Positions 16,472-25,354 of a stretch of 53,650 bases of DNA are shown here, piece by piece; the first letter of the stretch is position 1; the number at the start of each line of letters is the position of its first letter. The DNA lies in the IMG/VR virus record IMGVR_UViG_3300035161_000034, positions 1 to 53,650 of that record. One strand, written 5' to 3'. This stretch comes from a virus. Its lineage: Duplodnaviria; Caudoviricetes. The position numbers and the translations under genes were made by a program. The notes beneath the pieces were generated by a model that searched no databases, was not told the origin of the DNA, and saw only the letters and a program-made list of their open reading frames with translations.

Positions 16472-16500
16472 TTGCAATTGACGATGATTCAGGTGATAAT
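16472..16500 (+). promoter_or_regulatory. possible sigma70 promoter
   Basis: TTGCAA-N17-GATAAT in an AT-rich patch. Confidence 0.45.
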
Positions 16501-16584
16501 GGGGTAAAACAGGTAGCAAGCCCATTTGTGCGGCATGAGGGGTCAGCACCCAATCTGCCGCCAATTCTGAAATCGGGAGGCGAT

Positions 16585-17100
16585 ATGCCGGAGTGGTCGA
16601 ACTTCGATTGTGACGAAAGATTGCCGGTGTTTGGTGCGCAGACGATACCGGCTAAATCGCTGTACGCTTTTTGCGCCGAGAGTCATGCCATCGAGGGCGT
16701 GTTCGATTCCGCGTTGACGGAAGAACTGGCGGCGCGGACGGCGGATTTTCTGGACACCGAACTGAGTCTGGATTCACTCAGCGCCTTTAACATCAAAGGG
16801 CATTTGCGTTCGCAGTACGGCATGGCACTAAGGGTTGGCCCTTATGTGGCCCCGGCAGGCGGACCGCCGGTACGGGTGGCGTTGCGTAATCTACTTACCG
16901 GCATTGCGCAGCATGAAACCAGTTCGTATGACGCGCACTGTGAATTCATGGCGTTGCTGCCGTTTACCGACGGTAACGGGTTGTCCGGTCGGGCGTTGTG
17001 GCTGTATCACCGGCTGCTGGCGGATGAAGGGGTGCCGCACAAGTTTCTGCGCAACTGGTATGTGAGCAGTTTGAGTCACTGGCGCAACCGTTTGGGGTAA
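16585..17100 (+). CDS. Fic-domain protein with degenerate catalytic motif
   Basis: ES.AIEG; LPFTDGNGLSGR versus canonical HPFxDGNGRxxR; GGGAGG before ATG16585 (frame is open from 16429). Confidence 0.85.
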   Translation: MPEWSNFDCDERLPVFGAQTIPAKSLYAFCAESHAIEGVFDSALTEELAARTADFLDTELSLDSLSAFNIKGHLRSQYGMALRVGPYVAPAGGPPVRVALRNLLTGIAQHETSSYDAHCEFMALLPFTDGNGLSGRALWLYHRLLADEGVPHKFLRNWYVSSLSHWRNRLG

Positions 17101-17510
17101 TGGCAAAAACCCCGGAAGGCAAGGTTAAGGACCGGCTTAAAAAGTTTCTTAACCAGTTTGAGTATTTGTATCAGTTTTGGCCGGTGCAAAACGGCATGGG
17201 GCAACCGACACTGGATGTGATTGTCTGCTACAAGGGCTTTTATCTTGCGATAGAAGCGAAGCCGGGGAAAAAGCAGATGACCGAACGACAGTCGCTGACC
17301 GCTGAAGACATGCGGAATGCGCGGGGTTGTGTATTGTTAATTAATGACGAGGCAGCAACGTGGCGGCAACTGGTGACGTGGATAGATACCGTCGATCAGA
17401 TGGCGCAGGCACTTGCTGGCGTATATGCTTATACACACAGAATCAAAAAGCCTGCTGCTGCGGGTCAAGGACGCAGCGCGGGTGACGGAATTGCTGGCAA
17501 ACCGATGTAA
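17100..17510 (+). CDS. VRR-NUC domain nuclease
   Basis: TPEGKVK...G...LD......G....IEAK......T.RQ. Confidence 0.85.
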   Translation: MAKTPEGKVKDRLKKFLNQFEYLYQFWPVQNGMGQPTLDVIVCYKGFYLAIEAKPGKKQMTERQSLTAEDMRNARGCVLLINDEAATWRQLVTWIDTVDQMAQALAGVYAYTHRIKKPAAAGQGRSAGDGIAGKPM

Positions 17511-18978
17511 GCCGATTACTTATAACGGCCATAATCTGGCCGTCCGGCATGGTCTTGACGAAACCAAGATTTTAAACAATATCGGCATTAAAGCGCCGAG
17601 TCCGATTCACTATTACTATGATTGGCCCGGCAAATACCGGCCAATGGCGCACCAGCGGGACACGGCGGCGCGGCTGACCATCCACCGGCGCATGCATGTA
17701 CTGAACCAAGCCGGGACCGCGAAAACCGCAGCCGCGCTTTGGGCGGCGGATTATCTACTATCCGTCGGCGCGATTCGGCGGGTGTTGGTGGTTGCCAAAC
17801 TGTCCACCTTGGAGCGGGTTTGGATGGAGGAAATTTTCAGCGTATTAATGCATCGCACCGCCGCCTTATTGTATGGCGCGAAGTCACGGCGAGTTGCACG
17901 GCTGGAACAGGATGTGGACTTCTACGTGATTAATCATGAGGGGGTGCGCACCATCAAGAAGGAAATTAAAAAGCGTACCGACATTGATCTGATCATACTG
18001 GACGAGGCCAGCGATTACCGCAATGCATCGACAGACAAGTACAAGGCGCTGGCCGATATATTGCAGCCGGAAATGCGTTTCTGGTCGATGACGGCCACGC
18101 CCTGCCCAAACCATCCGACCGATGCGTGGGCGCAGGCAAGACTGGTATCACCGTCGAAAGTACCTGAGTACTTTGGTACTTTCCGGCGCATGACCATGCG
18201 GCAGATCAACCAGTTCCGATGGGAGCCGAAGCCGCACGGATTTGAGTTGGCGTTTGAAGCATTGCAACCGGCAGTGCGCTATAAAAAGTCGGAATGCATG
18301 GACCTGCCGCCGGTGATTACCAAAGAACGGTCAGCGGAGTTGTCCAAGGAGCAGCACAAGGCGGTGCGGGATCTGATCAACAGCTATGTGCTGAAAGCGA
18401 AGTCCGGCGAGAAGGTGTCGGCGGTCAATGCGGCGGATCGCGTCAACAAAATCCTGCAAGCGTTATGCGGCAGTGTGCGCAACACCGATACCGGCGAGTA
18501 CTTGGCTATTGATTATAGGCCGCGCTTTGACGTACTGATGGAGTGCATCCAAGAGGCGGATGCAAAAGTGGTTGTTGTGGTGCCGTTTAAAGGCATCATA
18601 CTGGATTTGCAGAAACGGATTTCAGCGCATTATAGCTGCGAGATCCTGAACGGGGATGTCTCCCCGAAAAAACGTAACGAGATCGTCACCCGGTTCAAAA
18701 CGTGCAAAGATCCGCATGTCCTTGCCTGCCACCCGAAAGTGATGTCGCATGGCCTGAACCTTACCGAAGCAGATACGACGATCTTTTACGCGCCGATCAA
18801 CAGCAACGATGAAGCAATGCAGGTGGTTGAACGGTTTAACCGGCCCGGTCAGACCCGCAAGATGACCATTGTGCGGATCGGGGCGCATAAACTGGAGTGG
18901 GACCGATATGCCGTTCTGGACGGTCGAGAGAAAGGACAGGACAGCATGTTACAGATGTATAACAATTTAATATCATAA
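17425..18978 (+). CDS. SNF2-like SF2 helicase
   Basis: HQ; AGTAKT (variant Walker A); ILDEA; TATP; GLNLT; R..RPGQ. Confidence 0.9.
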   Translation: MLIHTESKSLLLRVKDAARVTELLANRCKPITYNGHNLAVRHGLDETKILNNIGIKAPSPIHYYYDWPGKYRPMAHQRDTAARLTIHRRMHVLNQAGTAKTAAALWAADYLLSVGAIRRVLVVAKLSTLERVWMEEIFSVLMHRTAALLYGAKSRRVARLEQDVDFYVINHEGVRTIKKEIKKRTDIDLIILDEASDYRNASTDKYKALADILQPEMRFWSMTATPCPNHPTDAWAQARLVSPSKVPEYFGTFRRMTMRQINQFRWEPKPHGFELAFEALQPAVRYKKSECMDLPPVITKERSAELSKEQHKAVRDLINSYVLKAKSGEKVSAVNAADRVNKILQALCGSVRNTDTGEYLAIDYRPRFDVLMECIQEADAKVVVVVPFKGIILDLQKRISAHYSCEILNGDVSPKKRNEIVTRFKTCKDPHVLACHPKVMSHGLNLTEADTTIFYAPINSNDEAMQVVERFNRPGQTRKMTIVRIGAHKLEWDRYAVLDGREKGQDSMLQMYNNLIS

Positions 18979-18990
18979 AGGAGAATCACA

Positions 18991-19413
18991 ATGACGGCAC
19001 ACCCAATTAAAGACAGCGAAATTTCACTGGATAAACTGATCAGCATTTATATTAAAATCCGTGACGCCAAGTCGGAACTCAAGAAAAAACAGGATGCGGA
19101 AATGCAGACGCTGACCGATCAGCAGGATATGATCGCCACCGAACTCAAGCGCCGCGCAATGGATGCCGACGTGACCGCATTTAAGACGGCGGCGGGTACG
19201 GCGAGCATGGTAACGAGTATTAAAGCCAGTTGCGGCGACTGGGACGCATTTGGTGAATTTCTGAAGGACCAAGACCCGGTTGAATTTCTCGGCAAATCGG
19301 TGAAGGCGGCAACCATTCGCGCCTACATGGACAGTCACGACGGCGCACTGCCACCCGGCATTAACATCTTCAAGGAAATCTCGGTTAGCGTCAGACGTGC
19401 CAACAGTGCATAA
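18991..19413 (+). CDS. phage replication-module protein of unknown function
   Basis: AAGGAG RBS; YIKIRD coiled coil, F.T..GT, DW..F, LPPG. Confidence 0.75.
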   Translation: MTAHPIKDSEISLDKLISIYIKIRDAKSELKKKQDAEMQTLTDQQDMIATELKRRAMDADVTAFKTAAGTASMVTSIKASCGDWDAFGEFLKDQDPVEFLGKSVKAATIRAYMDSHDGALPPGINIFKEISVSVRRANSA

Positions 19414-19442
19414 CAATAAACTTTCAATTCATGGAGAGAACA

Positions 19443-20543
19443 ATGAGTAACAATACAAAACTTACTTTATTTAACAGCCCACAGTTGCCGAGCTATCTGG
19501 CCGATGCGTTCAGCGACGAGGAAACCAATCTGGTTGTCGCGGAAAGCATCCCGACCCTGACGTTCCGGGGTAAGCAGTTTCGTATTCGCATTGGCGGCGA
19601 GGAACATCTGTTGCAACGTACCGTTGATGGCGAACTGTACCCGGTGCCATCAATTAAAGTGATTGTGCTGGATGTCAACCCGAACCGCAGCCGGACCTTT
19701 TTCGAGGGGGCGTATGTGTCCGGCGAAAACCGCGCACCGGACTGCTGGTCGAATGACGGCAAGGAACCGGACCCGACCGTGGCGCAGCCGCAAGCAAAGA
19801 CTTGCGCCGCCTGTCCGAAATCGGTCAAGGGATCGCGCATCACCGACAATGGCAAGGAAGTCTCTGCCTGCACGACCAACCGCAAGCTGGCCGTCATTCC
19901 GTGGAACAAGCTGGATATGGAACCGCTATTGCTGAAAGTCCCGCAAACGTCAATGTGGGACAAGGATAACAAGGAGAACGAGGCGCAAGGCTTTTTTGCA
20001 TGGGATCAGTATGTCGCATTCCTGCGCGGTCGCGGGGTGCCGCATACCGCTGCGGTGGTGACACAAATCAAGTTCGACAACACCGAGTATCCGAAATTGC
20101 TGTTCTCCGCGCACAGTTGGGTGGAAGGCACCGACATGGCAACAGTGAAGGAGCTGGTGCATAGTCAAGCGGTGGCCGACATTATCAACAAGTCGGACGT
20201 GGCGAAGAACGGCGATCACGCCCCGGAAACCGAACCGCAATCGGCAGATGCGGCTCCGAAACCCGAGCCGAAACCCGAGCCGGAAGTAAAACCGGCTCCC
20301 AAACCGGCCAGTCGCAAGAAGGCAAAACCGGCTCCCAAACCGGCCCCCGAACCGGATACCAGTGATGACGACGGTGACGACACGGACTGGGGCGGTGCCG
20401 CGACACCGGAACCCAAAACCGTCGAAGCGGCAGGTAAAGGTAAGAAAGTGGCGCAAACTCCGGCCATACCACCTACGACGGAAGAAGCTAAAATATCAGG
20501 TCTTGCCGATCTCGCTGCTTCGTGGGATGATGTGGATGATTAG
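19443..20543 (+). CDS. probable ssDNA-binding/annealing protein
   Basis: PDCWSNDG..P, C..CP, Pro/Lys linker, acidic tail WDDVDD; lies between helicase and primase. Confidence 0.65.
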   Translation: MSNNTKLTLFNSPQLPSYLADAFSDEETNLVVAESIPTLTFRGKQFRIRIGGEEHLLQRTVDGELYPVPSIKVIVLDVNPNRSRTFFEGAYVSGENRAPDCWSNDGKEPDPTVAQPQAKTCAACPKSVKGSRITDNGKEVSACTTNRKLAVIPWNKLDMEPLLLKVPQTSMWDKDNKENEAQGFFAWDQYVAFLRGRGVPHTAAVVTQIKFDNTEYPKLLFSAHSWVEGTDMATVKELVHSQAVADIINKSDVAKNGDHAPETEPQSADAAPKPEPKPEPEVKPAPKPASRKKAKPAPKPAPEPDTSDDDGDDTDWGGAATPEPKTVEAAGKGKKVAQTPAIPPTTEEAKISGLADLAASWDDVDD

Positions 20544-20553
20544 TCTCGCCCTA

Positions 20554-20703
20554 GCGGTTTTCAGGTTCCGCTTGACAAAAACCTGACCTGCAAGACTCAG
20601 GTTATCAAGTTCCTCTAGCCAAGAAAAACTTGGGCGGTTTTCAGGTTCCGCCTGACCAAAAACCTGACCTGATATTTTGCCGATCCCGGTCCGGGTTCAG
20701 GTT
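20554..20703. repeat. direct-repeat cluster, candidate replication origin
   Basis: 37/38-bp near-identical repeats at 20554-20590 and 20634-20671; six TCAGGTT/AACCTGA heptamers. Confidence 0.75.
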
Positions 20704-20719
20704 TCTGTTGAGAATAAAA

Positions 20720-23488
20720 ATGAAAGACTTTTTTAAGAAGCTGATGCCGGAAGGCTTTGTTGTGATTGCGCACCCGAATGGCCGGGGCGGATTCACCCAC
20801 CACGTTTGCGATGATGTTGACATGGTGCAGAAGAAGCTGGCGCAGTTAAACCCGGCTAAACGGGATCTGTTCTTCGGCCTCGGCACGGTGCGGCAGCGGT
20901 CGGTGAAACTGGATAATGGCCGCACTGCCGTGCGCGTCAAGGACAACATTGCCGGGCTGAAAAGTTTTTTCCTCGATCTGGATGTCGGCGACGCCCCGAA
21001 CAAATATCAAACGCAAGAAGCCGCGATTGCGTCGATTAATGAATTCTCGGAACTGAACGGTTTTCCAAAACCGATGCTGGTATCCAGCGGACGCGGGGTG
21101 CATGTCTACTGGCCGCTGAAAAAAGCAGTTTCGGCGCGGCTGTGGTCGGATACGGCGGCACTATTCAAGCAATGTCTGGCCGCGCATGGTATCAAGACCG
21201 ACCCCTGTGTCACTGCCGATGTTACGCAGTTACTGCGGGTGCCGGGTACGATCAACCACAAGGACGGCTCACCGGTACGCCTGTTGCAGGATGCCGAACC
21301 GACCAGCGGCAAGGCGTTCGTTGCCAAACTGTTTGAAATGGCAAAGGATCTGAAGGTTGACACCCCGCTGCCAAACCTGTCGGGTGGCGAACCACCTGAA
21401 GGCTTCAACCAACTCGGCAGTAATACACAGCCAACCGACGACTTCCCACCATCCGATTTTGACCGTATCAAGGTGGAATGCAATCAGGTCAAACGCATGA
21501 TTGCCACCGGCTGCGATACCGAACCCATGTGGCATGCCGGGCTTTGCTTGGTAAAAGCCGTCACCGACCCGGAACAGGCCGCGATTGAAATATCGCGCAA
21601 TCACCCGGAGTATGACGAAATGGTGATGCGCCGCAAGCTGGCGTATGCGATCAGTACCGGTGTCGGCCCGACCACCTGTGATCGGTTGCGGCGCTTGAAT
21701 CCAAAGTCCTGCGAGGGGTGCCGCCACAAGGTTACGTCGCCGATTCAACTGGGGGTGACCCCGGTCAGATTGCCGCAATCCAATGATATTCCAATCGCCC
21801 TGCCGCACCCTTATGTGGTCGGGCCGAGAGGCGAGGGCGTGGCGATAGCCGGGCAGGAAAAGGTCGAAATATGTTCGATGGACGTGTACCCGAAACTGCG
21901 CGTTGATGATGAAACAACTGGTGAGGCCAGCACCACATGGTGTTTTCGCGATCCCCGGACCCGCCGGTTTGTCGAAATACCGATTCCGCAAAGCACCCTT
22001 GCCGACCCCCGCGCCCTGCACCGTGTATTGCTTGGCAAGAGTATCACGGTTAATCACCATCAACTGCTTAAAATGACCAACTTCATGATCGCCTACATTA
22101 AAAAACTGCAAGAAGAAGCGCAACTGGAACACAAGTTTTCATCCCTTGGCTGGCGCGACGAGGACCGCTCGTTTGTCCTTGGTGACAAGGTGTATGACCG
22201 TAACGGCATTGCCACCACGCATCATCTGTCGAATGATATTGTCAACGCAATACCGGGGCTGGAAAGCTGTGGCACCCTGCAAGGCTGGATAGACGCGATG
22301 CAGTTTTATAATGCCCACGGCCATGAGGCGCACCGCTTTGTACTGTATGCCGCATTCGCGTCGATCATTTATCATATGACCGGCCACACGGCAGCACTGT
22401 GCTTTCTGACCGGCAAGTCGGGTTTTGGCAAGACCACGGTGTTACGCGCGGTCAATTCGATCTTCGGGCATCCATCCAAACTGGGCGTCAACGGTACGAC
22501 GACCGGCACCACGGAAAACGCCATGTACGGTATGCTTGGCAAATATCACAATATCCCGATGTGTCTGGATGACATGTCGCACTGGGAGTCCAAGCTGTTC
22601 GCCCGGTTCGCGCTGTGCATATCCCAAGGCTCCGGCAAACGGCGCAGCACCAAGTCGGGCGGTGTCAGCAACCTGCTGGACCTGTGGTCGCTGATCGCCT
22701 TTGCATCCGGCAACAGTGACGCCTACACCACACTGGCAAGCGCCCGGTCGGATGTACTGGCTGAAGCGATGCGGATCTTCCAGATCCAGATGACCCTGCC
22801 AAGCACGTACTCGGTTGATCAAGCCAATCATTTTGCCAACACGGTGATGTATCAGAACTACGGGCTGGCCGGACATGCGTATGTGCCGTGGGTGACGAAA
22901 AACTATGACAAGGTGCGCGACGTGCTGCACCAGAACATGGACCGGGTATCGAGAGAATCCCGCGCGATTTCGTCAGAGCGTTACTGGACCAGCATCATTG
23001 CGTCGGCGGCGACATCCGGCAGTATCGTGCGGCGCATTGGCCTGCTGCCGGACTTCCCGGTAGAAAAGGATATTGCATGGGCGGTATCCCATATGAACAC
23101 GGTCAGAACGCAAGTGGTGGACAATTCCGTCACACCATCCGAACTGCTGTCTGAATACCTGTCGAGCCGCATTAACGAAACCCTGACCGTGCTGACCAAC
23201 GATGCCGGGCATGTGCGCATTGATTCGGAGCCGCGTAACAACCTGCTGGTACGGCGCGATCTGGCATTGAAAACCGCGCAGATCAACCGCAAGGATTTTC
23301 GCAATTACTGCATTGAACGGGGGTGCGTGGTGCGTGACGTGATTAATACTTTGACCGGATCACGGGTGATTGTCGCGAACGGTTCACTGGTGACACTGGG
23401 GCGCAAAACGGCTTATGCCGCCGGTCAGATCCGCGCCATTGAAATTGATCTGGACCGGCTTGAAACATTAGTCCCTACCGAGAAATAA
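20720..23488 (+). CDS. primase-helicase (AEP/RepB-like N-terminus, DUF927-type ATPase)
   Basis: FLDLD, SGRGVHVYW, LRVPGT.N; C...C.GC zinc site; Walker A GKSGFGKT; Walker B CLDD. Confidence 0.88.
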   Translation: MKDFFKKLMPEGFVVIAHPNGRGGFTHHVCDDVDMVQKKLAQLNPAKRDLFFGLGTVRQRSVKLDNGRTAVRVKDNIAGLKSFFLDLDVGDAPNKYQTQEAAIASINEFSELNGFPKPMLVSSGRGVHVYWPLKKAVSARLWSDTAALFKQCLAAHGIKTDPCVTADVTQLLRVPGTINHKDGSPVRLLQDAEPTSGKAFVAKLFEMAKDLKVDTPLPNLSGGEPPEGFNQLGSNTQPTDDFPPSDFDRIKVECNQVKRMIATGCDTEPMWHAGLCLVKAVTDPEQAAIEISRNHPEYDEMVMRRKLAYAISTGVGPTTCDRLRRLNPKSCEGCRHKVTSPIQLGVTPVRLPQSNDIPIALPHPYVVGPRGEGVAIAGQEKVEICSMDVYPKLRVDDETTGEASTTWCFRDPRTRRFVEIPIPQSTLADPRALHRVLLGKSITVNHHQLLKMTNFMIAYIKKLQEEAQLEHKFSSLGWRDEDRSFVLGDKVYDRNGIATTHHLSNDIVNAIPGLESCGTLQGWIDAMQFYNAHGHEAHRFVLYAAFASIIYHMTGHTAALCFLTGKSGFGKTTVLRAVNSIFGHPSKLGVNGTTTGTTENAMYGMLGKYHNIPMCLDDMSHWESKLFARFALCISQGSGKRRSTKSGGVSNLLDLWSLIAFASGNSDAYTTLASARSDVLAEAMRIFQIQMTLPSTYSVDQANHFANTVMYQNYGLAGHAYVPWVTKNYDKVRDVLHQNMDRVSRESRAISSERYWTSIIASAATSGSIVRRIGLLPDFPVEKDIAWAVSHMNTVRTQVVDNSVTPSELLSEYLSSRINETLTVLTNDAGHVRIDSEPRNNLLVRRDLALKTAQINRKDFRNYCIERGCVVRDVINTLTGSRVIVANGSLVTLGRKTAYAAGQIRAIEIDLDRLETLVPTEK

Positions 23489-24029
23489 CATTGGACAGGG
23501 TGCGGCCAAACTCCAGCGCGGAGAACACCGCCTTATTTTCATTTCCAACCTTAATCAAATTCTTGACATCATCCCGGTACGCTTGCGCCAAGCGATTGTA
23601 GCTGCCGAGAATACGCTGATCGACCGTGGTGTATTCATCCCATTTCTTCACCACCAGTTGCCGCACTCGCTCATATTCCACCAGCAGCTTGTCGAAGTCC
23701 GGCTCGAACTCGGCAAATGACGTATCCAGTATGGCTTCGGGCAATGTATCACGGTCCAGAAACGCACGCCATTTATTGCGAAACGCAATATACTCCCCCA
23801 ACGCCTGCTCCAGAACCTGACGTTCTTCCAAGGTATGGTACACGCTGGTGATTACGATTCCGGCCTCGCCAGACAGGATCAGATCGTCAACCTGATTGGC
23901 CTCGGCTATCAGTTCGTGGGTATCCTGCAAGGCTTCACACGCGGTCAGTAAAAAGGTGGTCACACTGCCAAGCGTCAAGCCGCCGAAGCTGAGCAGAAAA
24001 ATAATCAGTTTGCTTTTCAAATTAACCAT
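23475..24029 (-). CDS. putative lipoprotein or membrane-anchored lysis accessory protein
   Basis: Hydrophobic N-terminus ending in lipobox-like LTAC; follows the endolysin. Confidence 0.6.
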   Translation of the reverse strand: MVNLKSKLIIFLLSFGGLTLGSVTTFLLTACEALQDTHELIAEANQVDDLILSGEAGIVITSVYHTLEERQVLEQALGEYIAFRNKWRAFLDRDTLPEAILDTSFAEFEPDFDKLLVEYERVRQLVVKKWDEYTTVDQRILGSYNRLAQAYRDDVKNLIKVGNENKAVFSALEFGRTLSNVISR

Positions 24030-24390
24030 GCCACCTCGCCTTATCGTGTCGAATATCTACATGCGTAAATGTTGCGTACGCGCCTAATCCCCCGGACCAG
24101 TGCCGCGCCCACGACTGAAAATCTTTCGGGTCCATGCCGACAATCACAATGTCTGCCGCCATGCCGTGCAGGTGCATACTGTTCTTGCCGCCACCGACTT
24201 TTTCGTTATGTGATGGGGTACGGTAGCCGGAGTTGATTATAATCGGTCGCTGCAATACATCACGAATTACTTGCAGCCGTTGTGCAAGGCTGCGAATATT
24301 CCCCACCTGCCCAAGATTCGGTAACGGCTCGCCTTCCACCAGAAATTCCGAAAAGCGGAAGTTAGAGGTTACCAAAAAATCGTTGTTCAT
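24022..24390 (-). CDS. endolysin, peptidase M15 family
   Basis: NF..SEF; INSGYRT..HN..VGG..NS.H..G.AADI; FTHVD. Confidence 0.9.
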   Translation of the reverse strand: MNNDFLVTSNFRFSEFLVEGEPLPNLGQVGNIRSLAQRLQVIRDVLQRPIIINSGYRTPSHNEKVGGGKNSMHLHGMAADIVIVGMDPKDFQSWARHWSGGLGAYATFTHVDIRHDKARWHG

Positions 24391-24721
24391 ACACTTTTCT
24401 CTCCCAACGGTCTTTACATGAATCACCTGCACAAGACTTGATTGACTTGTGCAACCATTGCAGATTCCATACCGTATCGCAGCCCCCCCGCGCAAGCGGA
24501 ATGACATGATCGACCGCCCAATCCTTGCGGTCATACTGCGGCGGTAACGGGTGAATCTGCTCAAACTTGCGTACCACGTATGAATTACGTTTGATCCGCC
24601 CCGTGCTGGTGCGCTCGGGCGGTCCGCAGTAACGGATCTCTTTTAGATGACTGTCGGCAGGTACATCCTCAACAAACAGCATTGCGACCAGCGTCACAAT
24701 GACGCAGGCGTTTCTATTCAT
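24362..24721 (-). CDS. HNH-family protein with N-terminal signal or TM segment
   Basis: VDHVIPLARGG.D...NLQWL; hydrophobic N-terminus. Confidence 0.75.
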   Translation of the reverse strand: MNRNACVIVTLVAMLFVEDVPADSHLKEIRYCGPPERTSTGRIKRNSYVVRKFEQIHPLPPQYDRKDWAVDHVIPLARGGCDTVWNLQWLHKSIKSCAGDSCKDRWERKVYEQRFFGNL

Positions 24722-25001
24722 GCCGCGACGCGCTGTTATAATGGGTCTGTTTGCAAGGGACGCCATCCAGCTTGTTTTCAATGCGCAGCAGAATGGCATG
24801 GATTTTTTGATCGGCTTTGTTATGATCTTCCTTGGTGATATAACTACCGGCGACCAGCACTTCCACTTTCTGCTGGCGGTCTTCCGATTTATCCTGATTA
24901 TCCGCCAAGCGGTTAATGCGGCTGTGCAAATAATTCAATACGAACAATGTCAACCCTCCCAAACCGGCAAGCAATACATTAACAATGGTCTGCAAATCCA
25001 T
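24714..25001 (-). CDS. holin-like membrane protein
   Basis: One N-terminal TM helix plus coiled coil, upstream of the endolysin. Confidence 0.6.
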   Translation of the reverse strand: MDLQTIVNVLLAGLGGLTLFVLNYLHSRINRLADNQDKSEDRQQKVEVLVAGSYITKEDHNKADQKIHAILLRIENKLDGVPCKQTHYNSASRHE

Positions 25002-25040
25002 CCGTAAAACCTCTGTGTGTTTTGGCTGTCCATGATGCCT

Positions 25041-25352
25041 CTACGGGTAAAAGCGAAGCTCGTCAGGACAAGGCGTGATTCCGCGCGTCTTACCGACCAG
25101 ATCCGTAATGCGGATGGAGATGTCATACACCCCGGCCACCGTAATGTCCGGGTTTAGAATCAGCAAGGTTATGACACTGCCAACCACGGTGACACCGCCG
25201 CCGGATTTGGTATAGGTAACTGTATTGGTGGCATCTGCTTTTTCTGTCAAAACAACAGTCATATCGACAATATCGGTTACAGTGAACCCACTGTCGATGG
25301 TGAGCAGGACATCCACATCGGTGTTGATATAGAGAACAGGTGTACAAGTCAT
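25041..25352 (-). CDS. small beta-sandwich virion protein
   Basis: Thr/Val-rich strands, AG.YD motif. Confidence 0.6.
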   Translation of the reverse strand: MTCTPVLYINTDVDVLLTIDSGFTVTDIVDMTVVLTEKADATNTVTYTKSGGGVTVVGSVITLLILNPDITVAGVYDISIRITDLVGKTRGITPCPDELRFYP

Positions 25353-25354
25353 AG

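Noticed and set aside
20258-20346. Short direct repeats in the SSB-like gene
   Set aside because: Explained by the PKPE/KPAPKP protein linker
20630-20719. N-terminal extension of the primase in the ORF track
   Set aside because: It runs through the repeat cluster from a TTG; ATG20720 is the more plausible start
23475-23488. Bidirectional terminator at the junction of the two arms
   Set aside because: The convergent genes overlap by 14 nt and no convincing hairpin is present
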